DNA of 64,000 bases, from NCBI RefSeq assembly GCF_964204865.1, contig NC_135258.1, positions 12,524,001-12,588,000 on the forward strand. The letters run 5' to 3'. Position 1 is the stretch's first letter. Each line of letters begins with the position of its first letter. Of this stretch, positions 1 to 14,236 are shown piece by piece. The notes below the pieces were generated by a model. The model saw only the letters and a list, made by a program, of their open reading frames with translations. It had not been told where the DNA came from and did not search any database. The translations under genes and the position numbers were made by a program. The stretch comes from Styela clava (lineage: Eukaryota).

Positions 1-39
1 TTTTTTCCAAATAGATGCGAGAAACAAATAGTATCATAC

Positions 40-3000
40 TCTGTTCTGGGAGAATTTCCATAGGAAGAATAGGATTATCATGATTCAATCTCCTCATTGT
101 TAAAGCATGTAGTCTTGGAACAATTGATGCTGGAGGATGATGGGCTTTCTTTTCTTCTGCATCTCCAACATCCATTTCACACATGCCTGGAATCGAACAA
201 GGTGGTAAATATTAACAAAATTGTCAGAGACTTCAAAAATGAGCATGTACCTAAAAGTATAGAGCCTATTCAGTGCGACAGGCTCAGTAGAATAGAGGGA
301 GGGGGATCAGAGCAGAGAAAGAAGTTTTTCTCACTCATTCGATGACTGAACATAGTATGTGTACCAGGTTATGGTTATCAGGTTGTGCGCCATTTTATTG
401 CACATACTTCTTGAGCGCCCAGAATTATGTGCAGTTATGAGTCTCTTCGTATAAATAGAGTTACTTACCATAAATAATTCAAGCAATTATACATTAACAA
501 TTGTTCATGTGATCATTGCTGCATACTTGTGAATTTTTAAACATAGAAACTGATCAAAATCAAATTCAGCAAGCATCATCAGCAAGCTATAAGGTTTTCA
601 ATGATTGAAATTGCTGGCTTGGTCTAACCCAAATTCAAGTTTTTAAATTGCTAACCCGTGAGGTTTACATAGGCTTACCCTTGAGCTATAGTAACACTGA
701 TGCTTACACATAATATGTAAATCTTGTTCAATGAATGATAGTAAGAGTTATTCAATCACAAAAATCATACCATTTTCTTCATTCGTTTGTGCATCATAGA
801 TACTTGATAATTCAGGATCGACCGATAATACACCATAAAACTCTATGATTTCATTCACCTTAAAAAGAACAATACCAACATTCCGAATGCAAATTCAAAT
901 TGCTTTGACTGTAAACATTGCCAATGACGGTGGGTATCATTGTTCAATAAAAACAGTTTTTAAGCAGTTTTTAGGGTGCTCCCGAAGTATGCGAACCAAG
1001 ATGGCGGACATCGGAACGTAACATGGGTAACAGGTTAGAGTTAAGCGATAATTTTTTTCCAATTTTCCTTATTTTAGTCCTATTATCAGTTTGAAGACTA
1101 GCCAAGAGCCTCCCGTAGTATTTATACCTAAAATTATGGCCTAACCCAAACCTAGCACACATATTACATTCCGATGTCCGTCATCTTGGTTCGCATACTT
1201 CGGGAGCCCCGTTTTTAGTTTCAATTTAGTTGCCAATATTCAGACCATTTCTGTCAAAATGCCTGTTGGGAAAAGTTAAGTATAAAGCAAGGCACTAAAA
1301 TTCAACCGCTCTTATCAGAATTGATAATATAATTCTAACTTTTCTAAAAGCCTAGTAATACCTTTTACATTAATTTTAAAAATTCAATCTGATTTATTTA
1401 CCTTAAAATCAGCTGATTCATCATAAACTTTTACGAGACAAACAGGACCGTTTTCATCAGGTAAAGGATGATTCTTGTTCAATGGTTCTGCAGCACTACT
1501 GCTCCTTCCTTGAAGTATAAAAGAAGAATACATAGATCAAATATGGAATCATGTTCAATATATTCACCGCCGATTTCTTATTCTCAAACAGATAACACAA
1601 ATCATAGTAGTGGTTTTATAGGAAAAAAGTAATTTTAATAATCTGTATTCTAAGTTAAAATGAAATAACGAGTAGCATCAATTAGATATTTCAGTTTTAA
1701 TTACTTTTTTACTTTAACTGAAAAGATTGACATCCTCGAAAAGAGATCACCAGACTCACCACCATGAATAATCACAAAGCACCAAGCAGAAATGATTCTA
1801 ATTGAAGAAGAAAAGATTACCTGAATTAGCAGAAGGCTTGGCTCTCTTGTTGCTTCCAAAATCTCTATCACCTTGATCTTTATTGCCTTCTGAAATATCA
1901 TCAAGATATATAATATTATATTTATACATGACCATTATTTTGTGCTAAGGCTTTTGATTCACAAATGGGAAGACATGGGACTGATGGGAGCATCAAAACA
2001 TGTGGGTTTGACGATCTATTGGTTAGAACACTTGGCCTATATTGGTGCCGCAATTCAAAATGCTCGAATTCAAATCTCATGCCCGCCATTTCACCTAGGA
2101 TGTGGTAAATTGAGCGAGAAGAACCGGAAATATTAGAGATATTATAAAAATAGTAGTTGCTTTTGTGTTAGGTGCTGTTTCTACAAAGCCCTGTTTCAGA
2201 TTGAAAGTGTAAAAAACAAGTCCTTAAAAATTACCAAAAGGCATTTACCCCTTTTTATCATTTAGCCACAATCAGTTTATCAATTTCCTGAATAAGACAG
2301 CTTGAAGAGTATGCAATACTAAGTGTAGTGATTATAAAACCATTACATAATAAAAACTACATATGTTAAATTGAATCAAATCACAGGACCAAACAATTAC
2401 ATGTCAAAAACAGATTACCTTCAACAGTCATTGTGTCATCATCTTCATCACGGCTCCTTTTAATTGATTGTCCACTCGTACTTGGTTCTTCCTTGTTTGG
2501 TTTGGTTGAAGTGAACACTGACTTCCATGACTAGAAACAACAAATTTGTTGGGAATAGATAAAAATAGCATACAGAAGAGGCGCTCCAGAAGTATGTGTA
2601 CCAATATGGAGATAAACAATTTTGTTCGCCTACTTCACATCAAGTGTGCAAAGGGACGGAAGCCTATGGGCAGGGGGTAAACAAACAGTTCCCGAACTCG
2701 TTATAGAACTAAAGGACATTCGGAATAAAATTATGGCCTAACCCTAACCTGGTACACATACTACGGAGGTAACCCAAAAAAGTTTTAAAAGGTATTGTTG
2801 CATCCTGAGCAATATCTAAAATTTTGAACAATTTCCATCATCAGAGTATTTGATCAAATGTGGATATTGCAATTTGTAAATGTCAGTAATATGAAAGCAG
2901 ATCCAATGTTAAAATTCACCTCTTTAACCCAATCTGTCTCTGCAGGTATAGATACACAATATAGAATTTGTCTCATTCCTGTCTTGTTTTTATCTGAAGA

Positions 3001-6000
3001 CATATCAATGTCATAATCACCCTGCAAAAAATAAAGGTAGAAACATCAGGTGATTGCAGGTCTAGCAAACATCAGTGTCAATTATAAGAATCCACGCACA
3101 TATTGTCGCATAATAAATATAATATACTAAAGTTTAGATGACAATATTGTCAATTATTATTAAAAGCTGTCATATTGATAAAATCAATTTATGCCTCATC
3201 AATCGATTTGAAATACCTAAGTAAGAGTGTAGACAACCCATTTAAAAAACAACAGGACCAGACCCCATCAATGAATTAACATTAGCACTGTACTATAAAC
3301 TAGCCTACTACCAACAGAGAGAAAAAAAACTTATTTGTAGAAACTGAACCTTCAATCAAATACCATATTGACATAATTTGATACTCACTGGTCCAATCAA
3401 GTCCTGGAAGCAACTGGTCTTCATCACCTAGACAAGCCAAACAAAAACAATATGAATGAATCATAGAGTTGATGATTCAATGCAAAAAATTTTATTATCA
3501 TGCAAACTTATGTAAAAAATAAAAAATAAATTCATGCTTATACTAGAGGTAAATAGATAGGAATAGTTAGCTAATTTGATATGGTTTCATACAAAAATAT
3601 CTGGTAATATTTCCAATATCTCAATGTTATCACTTATCAACTTAAGTAATGTTCAAGCTCTTATTTTAGATGCTACACTGTATTACAGAACCTTCATATT
3701 TATTCAGCAGATAGGATTGTTTATAAATTATAGGATAAAATAATCATAAGGCTACCATTTCCGCTTGTTCAGTTTCAAAAATCCCCTCGGACACGAATTA
3801 TTCGTCACTGGATTTGTACCTCTGAACCCAGTCTGGGTAATTATGGTAGTGGATACCAGTTATTATTACAACTTACTGTTTCACCCTTCACTTTATCTGT
3901 GATATTGTAGGTTTCGAGAAAAAACTCATTGTCGAATGTGTCTTGCACCATACATCTGAATCTAACGAGACAGTTAGGCTGAATTTCATGAATCGGTTTG
4001 TCATTGAGAGAAGGAACCTAGAACAGTAGAAAGAGAAGCGTGCTAAAATTATCCAGTACTGTGTTAAATTTTTGTATCTAAGTAGTTTAAAATGAAGGCT
4101 ACTGCAATCACATATGGAATGATAGTATATATAATATATCAAAAAAGTACAACAATATACTCTCTGATTCCAAATATATTGACCAAAATATCTGCTTTTC
4201 ATACAGCGTAAATAAGACCAAGCGATCAAATGCTGAACTCTATTTTCAATTCATTAATCTGGAAGGTGTTGGGTGTTGGATCCAGGTAAGAACCATGGTT
4301 CGAATTTCAGAGATTTAGAAAATATTGATTCGGATTATGCAGTAGGCCTAATGAACAAAACAACCAACAAAAGCTTATATTACAGGTACCGGTATACTAT
4401 TTGTCACATTTAAATGACTGCACAGACGGATAGATAAGCTATAACAATTACAAAATTATGAGTTAAACATGCTTGAAAATTAAACAAGTTTTCATATAAG
4501 ACTACAACACTGCCATAACTCACCACTGATATATTTTCTTCATTACTCAAACGTGATTCAAAATATTTTGCAACTTCTGAGATCCAATCATCTTTACTGC
4601 GATTTTCTATAGATTTAAAACATCAGTAAACATTTGAGCGGCAAATATAACAGTGTTATGTAGATATTACAGTATTATTACTGTATTAGGGTATGTTATT
4701 CTTCAGATCTTGTTTGGTCTGTTGCTACCGTGTTTACCCGAAAATGGTACCTAGCCTGAATTTTCAATATGATATTAATATAAGCCCTCCCCTTAAAATA
4801 AGACCTAGTCGATAGCAAGAAATTTGTAATACATGTTTTGAATGAAATTTATTACGGTACCCTGGTACCGGTACGGCGGTACCCTGGTACCGGTACGGCG
4901 GTAGCCAGTTATTTGTTTTCAGACGCATGCCAGCATGGACTTGATAGTGGAGAAAGCCCTAACCAACCAGCGGTTACATGGACCAACCCTAAAAATTTCA
5001 CATCACATTTCTGTTTGGCATTAATGAAGCAGTTTCAGCGGTAAATGCAAGTCACAATTTTGTTTGGTGCCATTTTATATAGTTACCGGTACCGTACGGC
5101 GTGTACCTACTTCGCTCAGTCGCTAGACCCAGTTACCAGGTTACGGTATCGTACCGTAAAAGCGCCTAACTTCGGACAAAATTACTATATTTTCGTCAAT
5201 AACTCGGCCATTTATTGTCCAAACGGTGCCAAAATTGCTCGGTAAAACATTCGTGCGGTAATTTAGATTCCCTGCAAATTTCGGTTCAATTGGACTATTT
5301 TCACTATTGAAATAATCTATTTTTCTTGCCATCTGACCGTTATCATTCACTGCCCTAACTTCGGACAGTCATTTTCTTCACTGCGTAACCGCGACGCTCA
5401 GAGAGAGAGGCTTCCGATGCGGATGACGTAATCACGTCGTTGCGTGAAGATAAGACGCTCGATCGTCGTCGTAACGTAACATTAACGTCACGACGAAAAT
5501 GCATTATTTGAAACTTCCGTCGTCCTATGTTTACATCTTTCGTTCGTTACGTCAGATAAGTATTACAACACGTTAGTCATTTTAATCAGGAAATACATAC
5601 GTAAATATATCTGATGCAAACCGTTTCAATCCACAATGAAATATTTTAACGGGCTTCTATCGAAGTCTTTGAAGTATTAATATTCTCGACGGATAGCTTG
5701 GTTTATTCTGCGCGGTAATCTTTATAAGTGATAATTTATATCAAACACACGGTGAATCCGATTGTAAAGTTTAATTTAAAGTTCAACCTAATTTCGTTAA
5801 CATATAAGTCCCGTTTATTTGTTGATTTTTAACTTCGAGTGAATAAAATTCACCCAGGCCGTATTCAAATAACTGTCATTTCGACTACTAATCATAAAAT
5901 AATTGTTAAGTCAGTACACTGTGCCATACGGACGTTTGATTTTTTACAGTTTTATATATTCGATTTTTAACGTCATCGATTAAGTGTGACATGTATTTTT

Positions 6001-6654
6001 ATTAATGTAATTTTGGCATATATTCACACATGGACCGAACAAAATACAAAAATATTACATTGGAATGCCGTCTTTATCTTAACGAAAATTGTCATATTGG
6101 CGCCGTTGTGTCTGGCGTCAAAATTCATTTCCGCGACGCAGTGTGACGTCGTGTCGGAAGTGAGCGAAAAATAATCTACGTGAGGTTGACGTAACTGTTG
6201 ACGCTGCGTGAAATCTTAATATTCTTACGGAATTTATAATTCAGAATTTTAGGTTTTATTTAAATCTCGTACGACATCTTGCGATCACTCAAATAAATTA
6301 TATACATTGTTATCGCCCTCTACCGAATGATGGTATTTTGACGATGATAGCTTTAGTAGGAGCGACGCTCTGCGCCGTTGAATGCCGGGCAGTCAATTTT
6401 CGGCAAAATTGCCGTTTTTGTACCAAAAAAATTATAATGCCACATTAAAAAGATGAGAATAGATGTAGATATAACAGCGCTACCTATAATATTTGAAATT
6501 AGCAATATATGCCCCGTTTTAGCCAAGATATGGCCGTTCAAAAATTTTGTCCGAAGTTAGGAACTGTCCGAAGTTAGGCGCTTTTACGGTACTCACCGAA
6601 AATATTTTGAACAATGCTTAACGGTTTCTTCTGCCAGTTCTCTATGCAAGGCAT
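40..6654 (-). CDS. MCMBP: Mini-chromosome maintenance complex-binding protein, first 10 exons; the gene continues beyond the left edge
   Basis: Manually spliced GT-AG exons 6654-6597, 4606-4524, 4017-3877, 3427-3389, 3021-2920, 2530-2419, 1889-1821, 1508-1402, 858-771 and 186-40 keep phase. They read [105 protein letters not shown], which are recognisable MCMBP motifs. Confidence 0.93.
975..1210. mobile_element. MITE with long TIRs, GG..CC termini and an 8-bp TSD (family A)
   Basis: TIR GGTGCTCCCGAAGTATGCGAACCAAGATGGCGGACATCGGAA and its reverse complement; TSD GTTTTTAG at 967-974 and 1211-1218; near-identical copy at 53304-53530. Confidence 0.9.
2579..2772. mobile_element. Diverged relative of MITE family A
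   Basis: GGCGCTCCAGAAGTATGTGTACC start and AAAATTATGGCCTAACCCTAACCTGGTACACATACTACGG core shared with 39214-39358 and 40837-41060. Confidence 0.6.
5152..6591. mobile_element. Non-autonomous Tc1/mariner/pogo-type element in MCMBP intron 1 (coordinates include the TA TSDs)
   Basis: Perfect inverted termini TA|CCGTAAAAGCGCCTAACTTCGGACA ... TGTCCGAAGTTAGGCGCTTTTACGG|TA; subterminal repeats of CCTAACTTCGGACA; no transposase ORF. Confidence 0.88.
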
Positions 6655-6828
6655 GATGTCGCAGGCTTCTTTAAGTTTACGGGTATGTCTTCGGCAAACA
6701 CAGAATTAAGGGGAAGTCAGTAGGCTATTTCTGTACTCTGAGCGATGAACAATAATAACACGTGCCAAGTGGATGCATATCAACAACCAAACGGATTATA
6801 AAAAAATATATACAGGGAACCTTTTACC

Positions 6829-6836
6829 GCGCGAAA
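6829..6836 (-). promoter_or_regulatory. Candidate E2F site upstream of MCMBP
   Basis: TTTCGCGC on the minus strand, about 175 bp upstream of the ATG of a DNA-replication gene; matches the canonical TTTSSCGC. Confidence 0.45.
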
Positions 6837-8399
6837 TATCAATGTTGCCATTTCCTTGAGTAATATTCATGTTCCGTTAGGATTCATATAATGAATTTAT
6901 TATTATATTTGTTGTATTTTTATGCAGGCTCATTTGTAATTTCATTAGAAAAAAGTTATACCTGATAGTTTTATTTAATCTCAAAAAAAAAATTGGAATG
7001 TGTGCGATAATTCAATAGTAACTATAGAACCTGGCAACAATAATCACATACATATGCCATTAAACATTCTACTCGCAGATTCATCTTTCATTTTCCTGGT
7101 CGTCTCGCGATGATAAAATCAATGCAACAGCTAACTTGTCCAACAATAATGGTATCCACATCGATTTAATTTGCAAAGACTGATGAATCATCCATGTTAA
7201 ATTTGAACTCATCCTAGTAGTCGACAACCTCTATTATAATTTCGGGTCCAAAATTAATGTGAAAAGATGGGACCGCTGCACCTGTTGCAATTGTGGTCGT
7301 TCGTGGAAATTCGATATTGATGTTGGAAGCATTGGAACGGATACGATGATTTTAAATTGAACTTATCGAGAACGACAAAAGGACCCGATATCCCAATCCA
7401 TGATTTGTGCATAGACTGCTATGGAACATTCAATCTATTTACCGAGCTTGTTTTTTAGTAACACTTTTTGTCACTGTGTTATTTCTGCAATGAAATTGAA
7501 CTAGGCGCTCAGCATCACCATTTCACGTCAGCGAGTGTTTTTTATTCCATAGTTTTGTAGGAAAAGCACTGTTGTGTTACAAATACACGTCTCACATCCG
7601 TTTGTTGTTGTTTTGTTTCTATCAGAGTGACCAAATAAAATTAACTGATTGATGAATATGAAAACCTTGCTTCAACCTTTGATAACCTGTATATTCCCAT
7701 AACTCATTCTCCTACCTCAGTACCACACTGCCCTATTTTATTTTATTTTTTAATTATAATTACATACACTGATTCACGATATGGGAAGAAATAAACTTGA
7801 CTATGACTATATTTGATATAATATGGACTTGGTGAATTTGGCTTTGGTGAGTAAAGTGTAGCCCACCTCTTCATGCATCCAACTTAGCAATTTGGCTTTA
7901 GAAGACTCCAACTATAATCAGCTTGACGATATCTTTTCAGAATTTTTTTTCTACAATTTCACTCCTGTCAACTAAATCGGTATCCAGTTCGGCAATCCTT
8001 ACAAAATTATTAATATATACGGTATATGGTAAGGCAAAAATTTTTTTTATTAATACATGTTTTTGTATATATATTTCTCTTTTTACCAAGTAATATATCT
8101 TGTGTCTTTTTTACTCTCGTCTGATATTATTTTGTCTGCATCATTGTATGTATGCGTGTCAAGAGTCTTGAGCAAACGCGTAGGCTACCACTTCTTTTGA
8201 CAATACCTCAATAAAAAAATGTACGTTTTAAACCTTACTCAAGGTTTTGTTCGCCCTTCTGATTCCGTAATCGATTGTTTTTATCAAATATTTATCTGTT
8301 TTCATCAATTATTGTCTTATTACCGTCTTTCATCTGATTATGAAGTCAAAACAATCCTATACTCATAAACATTGATTCCATCGATCTGGAACCCAAAAT

Positions 8400-8562
8400 A
8401 AGGACGACTGGAAAAATTCCTGCATTGTGAGCAGAAATAGCTTGCTTTCCTGGCCTTCAGGCTAATGTCACAATTACAGACGTCACAGTGTGCAAAGCAC
8501 TCATCTATCAAGCCTCGTTTAACTTTGAATTTTTTCCTGTAGGCTACTCCTGTACTCACCAA
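8400..8562 (-). pseudogene. Possible relic of a transposase N-terminal zinc finger
   Basis: Short peptide DECFAHCDVCNCDISLK resembles the Cys-rich N-termini of hAT-type transposases; no continuation is visible. Confidence 0.25.
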
Positions 8563-9009
8563 AAACGTTCTTACATTTGCTCATTTTGAAATTTAGGCTA
8601 AAATAACCACCACCACCACGACAAAACGTAAGGATCGCCACACTAACAATGCTTCATGCCTATCTGTGCCTTGCTTTTTCGTGTTCCAAATAAGAATGTG
8701 TGCTTTTATGATGCCACAATAAATCTTTGGCGATAAAACAAACAACACAAAGCTTCCTTTATGATGTCCAAATAAGACAAAATAAAGACAAGCAAGCCAA
8801 ATATAAGGGCGCAAGCTAAAAATAAGAATAAATCTCAGGAATAAGGACGGTGTGGATTCCCTGCTTATAAATCAAGTCTGTCGGTCACTTCTATCGTAGA
8901 ACTTATAATGGCATTGCTGGTTATGAATTCTATCACCATTTTACGCCGATTACAATTTGTTCATTGTTTTAATATAGAAGAGTTTATATCATTCGCTGAC
9001 ACGTTAAAG

Positions 9010-9912
9010 CAGGGGTGGACAATTACTTTCCTGAGTGGGCCGGATGCGGATATTAGACTTGGTTACTGGGCCAGAGGATTTTTCCTTATCCTCGAAAATG
9101 CTCAATTGCCCAATTGTTGGGGCATTCACGAAAAAAAATTGCGGGCCTAAAGTTTTTGAATGGCATAAATAATTCGGATGAATGATTTTGCACATTATAT
9201 TCAGGTGCTTTTTATGGACCTTTTCCAGACCCTTGACACCAAAAAATTCTCCCTATACTTTATTACTGCAAAAGTGTAGATGCCTATTTTTCAAGTGTTT
9301 TAAAGAGTTGACGCTTACAAACTGATTTACATGCTCAAACTCTCAATTTTATCAAAATATACAACCACGTGCCGCTTATACGTACTAATCGTTTTAGCCG
9401 AGTCTATCGCAGTTTTCCGGATACTAATTTTTGATTATTGCAACTAAACTGAAGCTAACTGAAAGACATGGTGACAATTAAAATACATCATTTACAACTA
9501 ATTTTTGAAATCGCAACTAAAAACCGACAAATACCACGCAAAATCTCAAAAACTAGGCAATGTTTACAACCATGTTTTTATATCTGTCTGAGCAACTGCA
9601 GTGTCTAAGCGGCTGCAAAAATTTTAATTGTTACGTCATCGTAAACTTTTTGCTGCTTTGTCATTGTTACGGAAATAACCGAGGAAATCGATGGTCGGAG
9701 AAACGTCCATGCGTAGGGAATTAAGGTATTTACTTTAGCTGACGATCCGTTATCGATATTTTCGAAGGAATGTCAATTTATATCATCGATACCTTCAACG
9801 GAAATTTATATTCATACAAAAGCATAGTCATAATTTCAGCAGTCACAAGTGGGCCGGATGAAAACCCAGGTGGGCCGGATCCGGCCCGCAGGCCGTAATT
9901 TGCCCACCCATG
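9010..9912. mobile_element. hAT-type MITE
   Basis: Termini CAGGGGTGGACAATTAC ... GTAATTTGCCCACCCATG; 8-bp TSD CGTTAAAG/CGTTAAAT; subterminal GGGCCGGAT repeats. A solo end of this family lies at about 49465-49497. Confidence 0.85.
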
Positions 9913-11720
9913 CGTTAAATTATATACACATGTATAATTATTTGCGTATACTTTCAAACCAGAATAAATTCTAAATATCAGCTACTAGAATTTCAGTGAC
10001 TACTCGACCCGGGCCTCGGGTGCATGTTGCGGATTTTCGCGTTGTGTCATTTACGGCAGAATAACCCAAATATTTTCATTGATTTGATACTGATTTATGG
10101 ACGACATACAATGGATAGCCCTGAAAAAACTCAGAAGTACTAGACAATGAAAACTGCAACATTGAGTAAGTCTCCCAAATCAAACAGTGGATAAGCAGTG
10201 GCGGATTGCAACCCCTAAACGGCGAGTAAATTCAATTCACAGGCTATCCGAGTTTGAGAAGCAGCGCTCCCTAGTTTAAGGAGTCAAGTCCCGACTTGCA
10301 AAACGAGTCTCGAGTCATAAAAAAATCATAAACAACAGCGAAATCAATACTTATGAGTCACATTGACACTGTAAGTCTGAACTTTTTATTTCAAGAATCT
10401 AACTACTATTTAAGCTAGTAATCGAAAGTATTCACATCGGTATTATCACTTCCTATTTGTTGCTGTAACAATCTAATGAATTTCAATGACATCAATCGAT
10501 GTAGAAAATCTTGCTTTTCCGGATTGGTTTCTCCAGGCTCACTAGCAATTTTTTTCGAGTCTTAAGGAAAATCTCCCAGGTGCTTAACCGAGTTCGAGAC
10601 AAGCCATTACGTTCCCTTTACGAGGACATTGAAAACATGGCGCGAGTTTCCCCAAAACCAGTAGATAGTTGCTATCAGAGCTAATGAATACATACATACA
10701 AGAGAATTTTATTTCGCAAAACAACAAACTCCAACAAGCAAATATATGCAATACCGAACATAAAACTCACAGTTCGGATTAAATTATTTATGTTGGTCAG
10801 TTTACAAGGCCGGCGAAAGTCATCGAGGCTCCTGGCCCTCCAAGTTCAATGTATTTTGAACATTCATGTGGCAGTAAAAGAAGAAAAAAATACGGTAATA
10901 AAAATACGATGTAATTTAAATATTATGAAAACGATATGGATAAAATTGAGTCGACACTATTTCGAGACACATGGAAGATTTAATACTGTTGAGGTCATTT
11001 GATTAAAGTCGGTCAGTTAAAGAAAATATGGAAGTCATTTCAGATCAAAATAAGATTGACACAAATTCAACACAAAAATTGCTACTACAAAAACTATTAC
11101 GTATTGCTTAGAAGGACACGACAATTATGTACTTTGTGATAGACTAATTAAGAGCCAGGGTTCAGTCAATCGATTCAGTAGAATGGAAGTACGCCGACGA
11201 TTAGAGCGTCTTGTCCAAATTGAAAAAAGCTGATAGAGGATTGAAACAGGATTACGAGAGATAATTCAATCTTCAATATACTTGGAGGAGAACCTTATTC
11301 ACCGAATAACAGATTTATATACATGTTACCCAAGTTATGGCATGTTATTATGAATAAAAAACATAGTTTTTCCATGTCAAGCTTCCTCTGTCTGTTGATT
11401 CCTTTGCCAAGGTCCCCAGCTGTTGTTACTGAAAACCTTCACATTCGCATATTTGAAAAAGTAAGCCGTCAGTGCAACGAGAACTGCCAGTGCCACCCAT
11501 GGTAGACTCGTACTGTAAAATAGTATAGTTATGTTCATTTATTATCACTTGATTTGTATTCAATGTCTTATTTGTAATCGAGGTCATATTTATTACGCTG
11601 CACAACTTTGAAGTGATTGCGGCATAATATTTTTAAATAATTACCCCGACTAGAACGGTTAAAAACTGACTGATATGGGAAGAAGTATTTTTCACGCGTG
11701 GCTCATGTCATTGTATATAA

Positions 11721-12593
11721 CAGGGATGGCGAACCTTTTTCAATGAATGGGTCAAAAATGGGTCGCGGAGCAGAAGAGAGTGGGTCACAGATATTTAATC
11801 AAAGTTTGATATCTGTAAGAAACTTCTGAAACAAATCTTATAAGCTTTTGTTGGTGTTGGTGTAGTTTTGGGCTTCACTTATGCAGCGCTTCTAGCAGGG
11901 ACTTTTTATGGCACTCGATTTTATGAAATTATAGTACGAAAAAACGCATATAAATTACCAAAAATGTTAAGGATGATAAAGAAAATTATTTTACGGTTCC
12001 AAAGAGTTTGGAGGGAATTCCACTCTGATAGTGTTATATTTTTCGAACAGCTTTCAACCACATTAAAGCACTTTTACTCTTCCCCATCGTTATTTCAGAT
12101 TTCTAAGTTTTTATTCCGAGTCTGAATGATTTTTTTTCAACGGTATTGTAGTCGAGAAACTAATAAAATGCAACTTAGTAGCATCTAGCTCTCGTATAAC
12201 CCCCAAAACAGTCTGCAGATGCGCTTCCGAAAGAGACAAAATATTGCGAGAAATGAAAAGATCAATTGCGTTGTTATGTCAAAAACGATATCAGAGCCAA
12301 TAGCTGAAAAACGGTACACAGCGGTGCAGACATGCGTCAAAGATTAGGGGTTTTGAAAATTACCATACCGACCAATAAATAATAATTTGAATATGAGCGA
12401 TCGCAGCCCTGACTGCCCAACTGACGATACATTATAATAGTTCAAGTATTGTTAAATTAATTTAAGGTCGGTTTTATCAATTTTGAGTACTGATATGATA
12501 GCATTTTTTTTATTTTATTTGTGCATTGGCGGGTCACGAATAAAACTCGGTGGGTCACTTTGTGACCCGCGGGTCAGTGGTTCGCCATTCCTG
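11721..12593. mobile_element. hAT-type MITE
   Basis: TIR CAGGGATGGCGAACC ... GGTTCGCCATTCCTG; perfect 8-bp TSD GTATATAA. A solo end of the same family lies at about 59074. Confidence 0.9.
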
Positions 12594-13972
12594 GTATATA
12601 ATATACTTACTGAAAAATTCCACAATCATGATCATCTTCCGTGCCACGTATTGTTTCATTTGTTGACATTGCTTCTTTTGATTTTAGTTTTTCAATTGTA
12701 AAGAATATTCAACGTATAAACGTGAAAGTTTTATGAAAATTTTAACCAAAAAAATATTACTGCGTACGAATAGAGGTAATAGTGTAGTTAATACAGTCTC
12801 AGCCTGCTAAATGTTGCATATCTCGCCTTTTCAACCAACATAGAACGGTTGAAACTATTAACAGTTTGTATATATATTATCTCTCCCGACGGACTTTGGT
12901 GACTTCTACAATTCTACATGTTTCGACAACTTCTGAAATTTTTGCAACATCCCTGCAGGCTACAGTCGTATAGGCGACTCTGATTATTCTGCGGAGTTAA
13001 TAAGCCGAATCATGGATTATATGCATATCTATCCAGTTATTGACAATTAACAAAAAGTCGATAAAATGGCATCGTCAGTATGTATTCTTATATTCGCGTT
13101 GACAGGCGTTGCCAAAAATTGATAGTAAGTTTTGTAAGTAAGTTATTCTAATTTACTGGTCCAATGAACAATATAAAGGAACGTTATGACAGGTCGGATA
13201 AGGGCATTAATGCAAAGTTGAATAATGTTGTTTGGAAACTGATGTACATGATTAGTTTATGATAGGGGCAGTCAGCAGCAATCTAGTAACACGCCATGAA
13301 ATATTCCATTATTAGACCCGAAAACGATTATTTCTCGCCAGCGGTCACGCAAACCACCAGCGGTCACACAAACCACCCTATGGCCGTTTAGCACAAATCA
13401 AGATGCATCCCGTGGATTTTTTTTTGTTAAATATCGAGTCTCATGGAACTCAGAGCAATGAGGTGAGGAGGTGTATACGTCAATGTTTAGAGCCCTGTTA
13501 TTTTTGAATGAATGAACGAGGCTCGCCCGACCTTACTTCCATATGCCACTCTGCGACAGCGAGAAGTAAAAATGTACTTTCGTACTTGAAACTATTTTTG
13601 CGTGGTTAAATCGTGCTGGCGATTGAAATTGACGTCGAAATTTCCAAAAGAAAAAAGTATGTCTTATGTTTCAAATCTCATTTTAATTTTCGACAACCTT
13701 CCTGGATTTCCGTCCTATGTGTTTGTCTTGTGTAAGGTATTGTTATATTTTTGTACCATAGTGGGGTTCAATAATCTTTAAATTGTCAATAAATCTCATT
13801 TTATACCGTACTTTAACCGTAAATATATATATACTACTACGATTTAACGCTGTAACAATAAATACTGAAATAGGTTGATCATTTGTTTGTCTGTTCGTGT
13901 GAATCAGTGTGTTAAACAGATGCCTCGATTCGCACAACGTGGTATGGTTATATAAGTCCTATGTATGACCAA

Positions 13973-14236
13973 GGCTACTCTAGCCCACAATTTGCCATCC
14001 CACAATTTCGCGGTGGTCATAGGCTTATTCGTGCATATATTTACAGCGATTAGGGGATTTTTAGCAGGGCATACCTAATGAATTCAGACATGGGACTAAT
14101 ACCACGATCTTTTACATCAAAACCAATCTCGTTAATCAAATTTGCAGCACGCTAAACTAAAATGTGGGAACAGAATTGTGGACCAGGGTAACCAAAATTG
14201 TCTGATGGCGTAACCAAATTGTGGGATGACGTAACC
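13973..14236. mobile_element. About 250-bp MITE (family B), copy 1
   Basis: Aligns as reverse complement to 21136-21383; internal CCACAATT/AATTGTGG repeats; GG(T/C)TAC..GTAACC ends. Confidence 0.75.

Noticed and set aside
2738-2750. CTAACCCTAAC as a telomerase RNA template or interstitial telomere (also at about 53460 and 63198)
   Set aside because: Every instance lies inside a multi-copy MITE.
7030-7450. Coding-like minus-strand stretch
   Set aside because: Stops in all frames and no recognisable motif.
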